A program made the translations under genes and the position numbers. Shown here piece after piece: positions 59,507 to 64,000 of a DNA stretch of 64,000 nucleotides. Numbering within the stretch: position 1 is the stretch's first letter; the number at the start of each line of letters is the position of its first letter. Origin of the DNA: Prorocentrum cordatum (lineage: Eukaryota); NCBI GenBank assembly GCA_963575745.1, contig CAUYUJ010000077.1, positions 1-64,000 of the forward strand, given 5' to 3'. A model generated the notes under the pieces. It had not been told where the DNA came from and ran no database searches. It saw only the letters and a program-made list of their open reading frames with translations.

Positions 59507-61849
59507 TATGTCTCGAAGTGGTCTCGCTGGAGGCTCTCAAACCCTCGAGAAACCAGACTGATGAACAGTCTAAGCTCATGTAAGCATGTACGTCTTCTTG
59601 CAGTTTCGGCTGCAGGCCTCTGAGACGTCAACCAACAAAGCCCCACGAGTCAAAGAGGGTCCCGAATGCTCCCAGGAACACATCAAGAGAGTCTCAAACG
59701 AGCCCCAAGATGCAACTTCAGCCACAAGGGGACGATATTTGCTCTCCCTTCCGACCGATTACCTCCAGCGGCCGAAGGCCACCCGACGGGGCACCCGAAG
59801 ACCTGCAGGAGACCTCAAGAGGACCACATGTTGACATAACGTTCGGGGTAAAAGTCCGAATTTTAATCAAGTTCCTAGCCAGCTGGAGCCAGTGTACTCG
59901 ATGGTAACCGCGGGCGCGAACAAAACGCGAAAACAAATCAGCGCCGCGAAGCTAAGCATAGAAAAGCCAGGCGAGCAGAGATACGCAAAGCAAAGCCGCT
60001 AGGCGATTAACTGCTTGGCCTGATACCTGATTGTGCTCGCCTGAGCCCCCTCTTTTGCTTCACGAATGCTCTTGTCTCTTACTTCCCCTCGCACGGTCGC
60101 TCGCCTGGGCTAGGGCAGGCAGGCATGCCAGGAGCGCCAATGTGATGAACCATGCAAGGATACAGGACGGTGTTCTGCGTGCCAGGCATGAGCCCAGGAT
60201 GAGTCTGGCCAGCAAGGCGTCAGCGTGCTCCGAACACGCCCCCCACCCCCACACTCGCCCCTCCTCCTCTTCCTCGTCCGTCCGCCTCCTCCTCCTCCTC
60301 CTCCTCATTCGCCTCATCCGTCCCAACCCCCCCACACCTCGACATCCCCCCCCCCTTCGCCAGGCCGCCTTGTTCCCACGCATCAGCCGCCTCGGAATGG
60401 TCTGCTCGTCAGCGCCTCGGAGTTTGTCAGGAGGAGGGAGGAGGACAGTGAGGAGCGGAGACGGAGGGGAAGGGTTGGATATAGAAGGGAGGGAACGCAG
60501 GGAGTGAGGGAGGGATCGCAGGGGGGCGTCGGGGGACGAAAGGATGGATCGCCGGGAGCCCGGGGGAGGGGAGGGGAGGGGAGGGATGGGGGAGGGAGGT
60601 GGGGAGGGGAGGGCGACGAGGGGCAGGCGGGAGGGAGGGCAGGAAGCGAAGGACACGGACATGGAGGGCAGGGAAAGCCGCAGGGAGGAAAGGCGGCGGG
60701 GGGGACGGAGGGGAGGCCCTGGAGGGAGGGGCGGGAGGGGCGTGGTGGGCACTCCAAAGGCGACGACGAGGATGTGGCGATGTACTGGGCACGCTGGAGA
60801 GACGAGGCGGGGCAGGCATGGGAGCTCCTGTGCCATATCCGAGGCAACCGGAGCTACCTTGGGCGCGCCTTGGGCCATCTTAGACTGTCCAAAGTTCTTT
60901 TCGGGTCGTCTTGGGGCCCTCCTAGAAGCAACACTGGGAGATATCAAAAAAGCGCCCAGATGTTCTGGAGGTGGCGGGCGCTCAGGTTCTACAAGTCTTG
61001 GAACCAAGCGCCTGGCGTATGACGCAATAGAGGGGCCGCGACCAGGAGGTCTCTTGGAAGCCTGATGGGAGCCTCTCGTAGGTCTGTTGCCATCTGAGGC
61101 TTTCCAGAGTAGTCTGGAGGCCATCTGGGGCCCTCTTGGCGGTTTGGAGGCTGTCTCGAAGCCATCTTCGTCCGTCTCGGAACCATCTTGAGGGATCCTC
61201 TTGCCATCGCTTGGACGTCCATTCCCTGTGCACTTGCCTTCCGCCCCACGAGGCCCCCAGGAGTCTCCAAGAGGCGCCCAAGAGGCACCCAAGAGGCACC
61301 CAAGAGGCTCCAAGAGGCCCCCAAGCGGCTCAAAGGAGGCCCCAAGCGGCCACAAAACGGCCCCCAAAAGCTTTCCAAACTGCCTCCAAGAGGCCCCCGA
61401 GAAGCCTCTCACGAGATCCCAACAGACATCCAATCGGCTTTAAGTATACCAGTGGCGGGATGGGCCGCATGCCATTAAAAGTACGTGTGAGGAGAGGAAG
61501 GACGACGGCGGGGGCAAAAGGCGAAGGGGAGGACGAAGGAGAAAGGAGAAGACCTGGCGCGGGAGTGCTGCAGGCTCCCGCACCCCAGAGCAAACACGGC
61601 AGCGGCAGGGGGATCATTCAGAGAGGGAAGCATGGGACGAATACCGTTCGAGTCGAGTAAGGCGGATGTGAGGACGGGGAAGGAGGAAAGAGTCGGGGCG
61701 GACGAAGGGGGAGACAGCACCAGGGGGGGTAACGAATCACACCACGTGGCTGGCTTTCCTGGCGCCTCCCAGCGCCCGAGGCACCGATGCATATGGAGGA
61801 ACGCGCCCAGCGGCGGAGGAGAAACCAACCGACTGCAGCATATTGAATA

Positions 61850-62021
61850 CAGTCAAAGCGTGTATTGAGAACGGGTGGTAAGGAGGCCAGACTCTTGGAG
61901 GCCGAAGCTGGGATTTTGTGGGCGGCGGGCGACCAGTGGAAACAGCAAAGCACGGCCGCAGAGGCAAGGACACGAGGGCACCCTGGACGAAGGTTCGCGT
62001 CCTTTCTAGGCGCGTTGACTG
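61850..62021. mobile_element. MITE family B copy (172 bp)
   Basis: TA-CAGTCAA ... TTGACTG-TA; interior colinear with 25369-25540. Confidence 0.8.
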
Positions 62022-62149
62022 TACCCCGATCCCCCCCTTCCAAATCCCCTCCTTTCGTCCGACCCGAACGAGGGGGGAGAAGAGAAAGGGAGGGCAGAAG
62101 AGGATAGAGGAGGGGGGGAAGAGAAGAACGAGGAGGTGGCACCCAACGA

Positions 62150-62815
62150 CCACCTTCGCCATCGCCATCGCCATCACCACCACCACCACTACCACCACCA
62201 CCACCACCACCATCATCAGCATCATCATCAACAGCATCATCATCACAACCACCACCAATCATCCTCATCATCATCAGCAGCATCATCAGCAGCATCAACA
62301 TCAGCATGATCATCCTCATCCCCATCAAATTCCACCTCCTCCTCCTGCTCCTCTTCATCATGATCACCATCATCAGCAACAGCATCATCATCATTATCAT
62401 CATCCTCATTATCATCAGCATCATCAGCATCAGCATCACCATCATCATCATCATCGCCATCCTCCTCCTTCTTCTCCTCATCCGTATCATCATCACCATC
62501 ATCATCATCATCATCATCATCATCAGCAGCAACAGAGACATCGTCATCAGCAGCATCAGCATCGTCATCATCATCGTCATCGTCGTCGTGCTCGTCGGCA
62601 TCATCCTCATCATCAGAAGCATCGTCACCATCACCACCACCATTATCATCAACAACAACATCATCGTCAACGTCGTCATCACCACAACCATCATAATTCG
62701 CAATCGTAGTCCGCATCCTCGTGACGCTCTCCATCGCCATCATCATACCTATCATCATCAGCAGCAGCGTCAGCATCAGTACCGTCGTCGTCGTGGTCGA
62801 CCTCGCTATCAGCAT

Positions 62816-62853
<38 letters not shown>

Positions 62854-63392
62854 GCATCATCAGCATCGTCATCAGCAGCATCGTCATCGTCATCATCATC
62901 ATCATCATCATCATCAGCGTCATCATCATAATCAATATAAGTGTCATCATCATAAGCAGCATCATCAGCATCATCAGCATCACCACCGTATTCGTCAGCA
63001 ACACAAAACCAGAATCGTCACCGTCGTCAATATCACCATCATCATAACAACAGCAGCAGCAGCAACAGCATCATCATCAGCAGCATAAGCATCATCAGCA
63101 TCAGCATCATCGTTTGCAACATCATCATGATGATCATCGTCATCATCAGCACCATCAGCATCAGCAGCAGCAGCATCATCCTCATCATCACCGACAACAG
63201 TAATAACCTCATCAACAGCATCATCATCAGCATCATCATCGTTATAAACATGATGATCATCATCATCATCGTCATCAGCAGCAGCATTGTCAGCATCGTC
63301 ATGATCACCACCACCACCGCCACCAGCATTGCCACCATCACCATCATCTCCATCATCTCCATCAACAATATCATCAGCAGCAGCATCATCAT
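62150..63392. repeat. Long degenerate (CAT/CAG/CAC)n tract
   Basis: Seen directly. Confidence 0.95.
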
Positions 63393-64000
63393 GCCCCGTG
63401 GGGCTAAGGCGGCGGCTGATGCGGCCGCCTTTGGAGCTGGAACTCGCTTGGCGCGAGAAGTCAACGTCCGAGCCCACCTTGCGCAGGGGGGGGGCTCGCT
63501 AACCCCACTTGCGTGGCCTGGGACACACTGGACGATTTACCCCCCTAGATGGAAATATAGGCTGTTCCCATCGGGTTTCGAGGGGCGTATCCCCAACCGG
63601 GGTGTTGGGGTTGTGGGGCTCGAGATCGGATGGTGATAGGGATCGGTTAAACGATACTGACTCCCTCATCCGATGATCCCAAGTCCTCCCTCATACTCCA
63701 TCATCCTCCCGCGTCCTTATTCTCCTCTTCCCTGCTCCCATGCAGCAGGCAGGGCTGGCTGCAGAAGCAGCGTCTGCCCGCCGCAAAAAAAGGTGCCAGC
63801 ACTTGAAACCATCATGACTCAGCGTACACATTCACGTTAACGCCTCCTCCCCAGACTCCCGGCGGCTCGCAAAACTCGCGGCGGCCACACGGTTGCAATT
63901 GCAAGTCTTCGGGAGCCTGCTTCGGGCACTGGGACCATCAAAAGAACTGATCGGGACGGGAAAGCCGGCCCCTGCGGACAGGGTCGAGAAGTCTGGTAAT

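Overview
GC-rich, repeat-saturated eukaryotic DNA, very probably from a dinoflagellate. The evidence is a degenerate DinoSL spliced-leader relic 10 nt upstream of a transposase ATG, plus micro-exons with GC/GA splice donors. Nearly all long ORFs in the supplied track are microsatellite or satellite artefacts. The protein-coding signal I can support has four parts. (1) A minus-strand host gene of unknown function, seen as scattered 42-84 bp micro-exons across about 57 kb. (2) A roughly 1,350-aa hAT-like DDE transposase gene (37.3-42.8 kb) that can be rebuilt by removing a Helentron/HINE-like insertion, one clear GT-AG intron and one probable GA-AG intron. (3) A pogo/CENP-B-like DD36D transposase with two N-terminal zinc-finger motifs (50.8-46.7 kb). 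It has an SL relic, lacks visible TIRs and sits inside inverted arrays of a 12-14 bp G-rich satellite (TTGTGCTGRGGGG). (4) A decayed LINE RT. The rest comprises two TA-flanked MITE families, HINE-like elements, a family that appears to insert into (AAC)n and forms a chain, a ~1 kb foldback palindrome, local duplications, microsatellites and a 100-N assembly gap. No rRNA, tRNA or CRISPR array is supportable. All calls were made by eye, without database searches.
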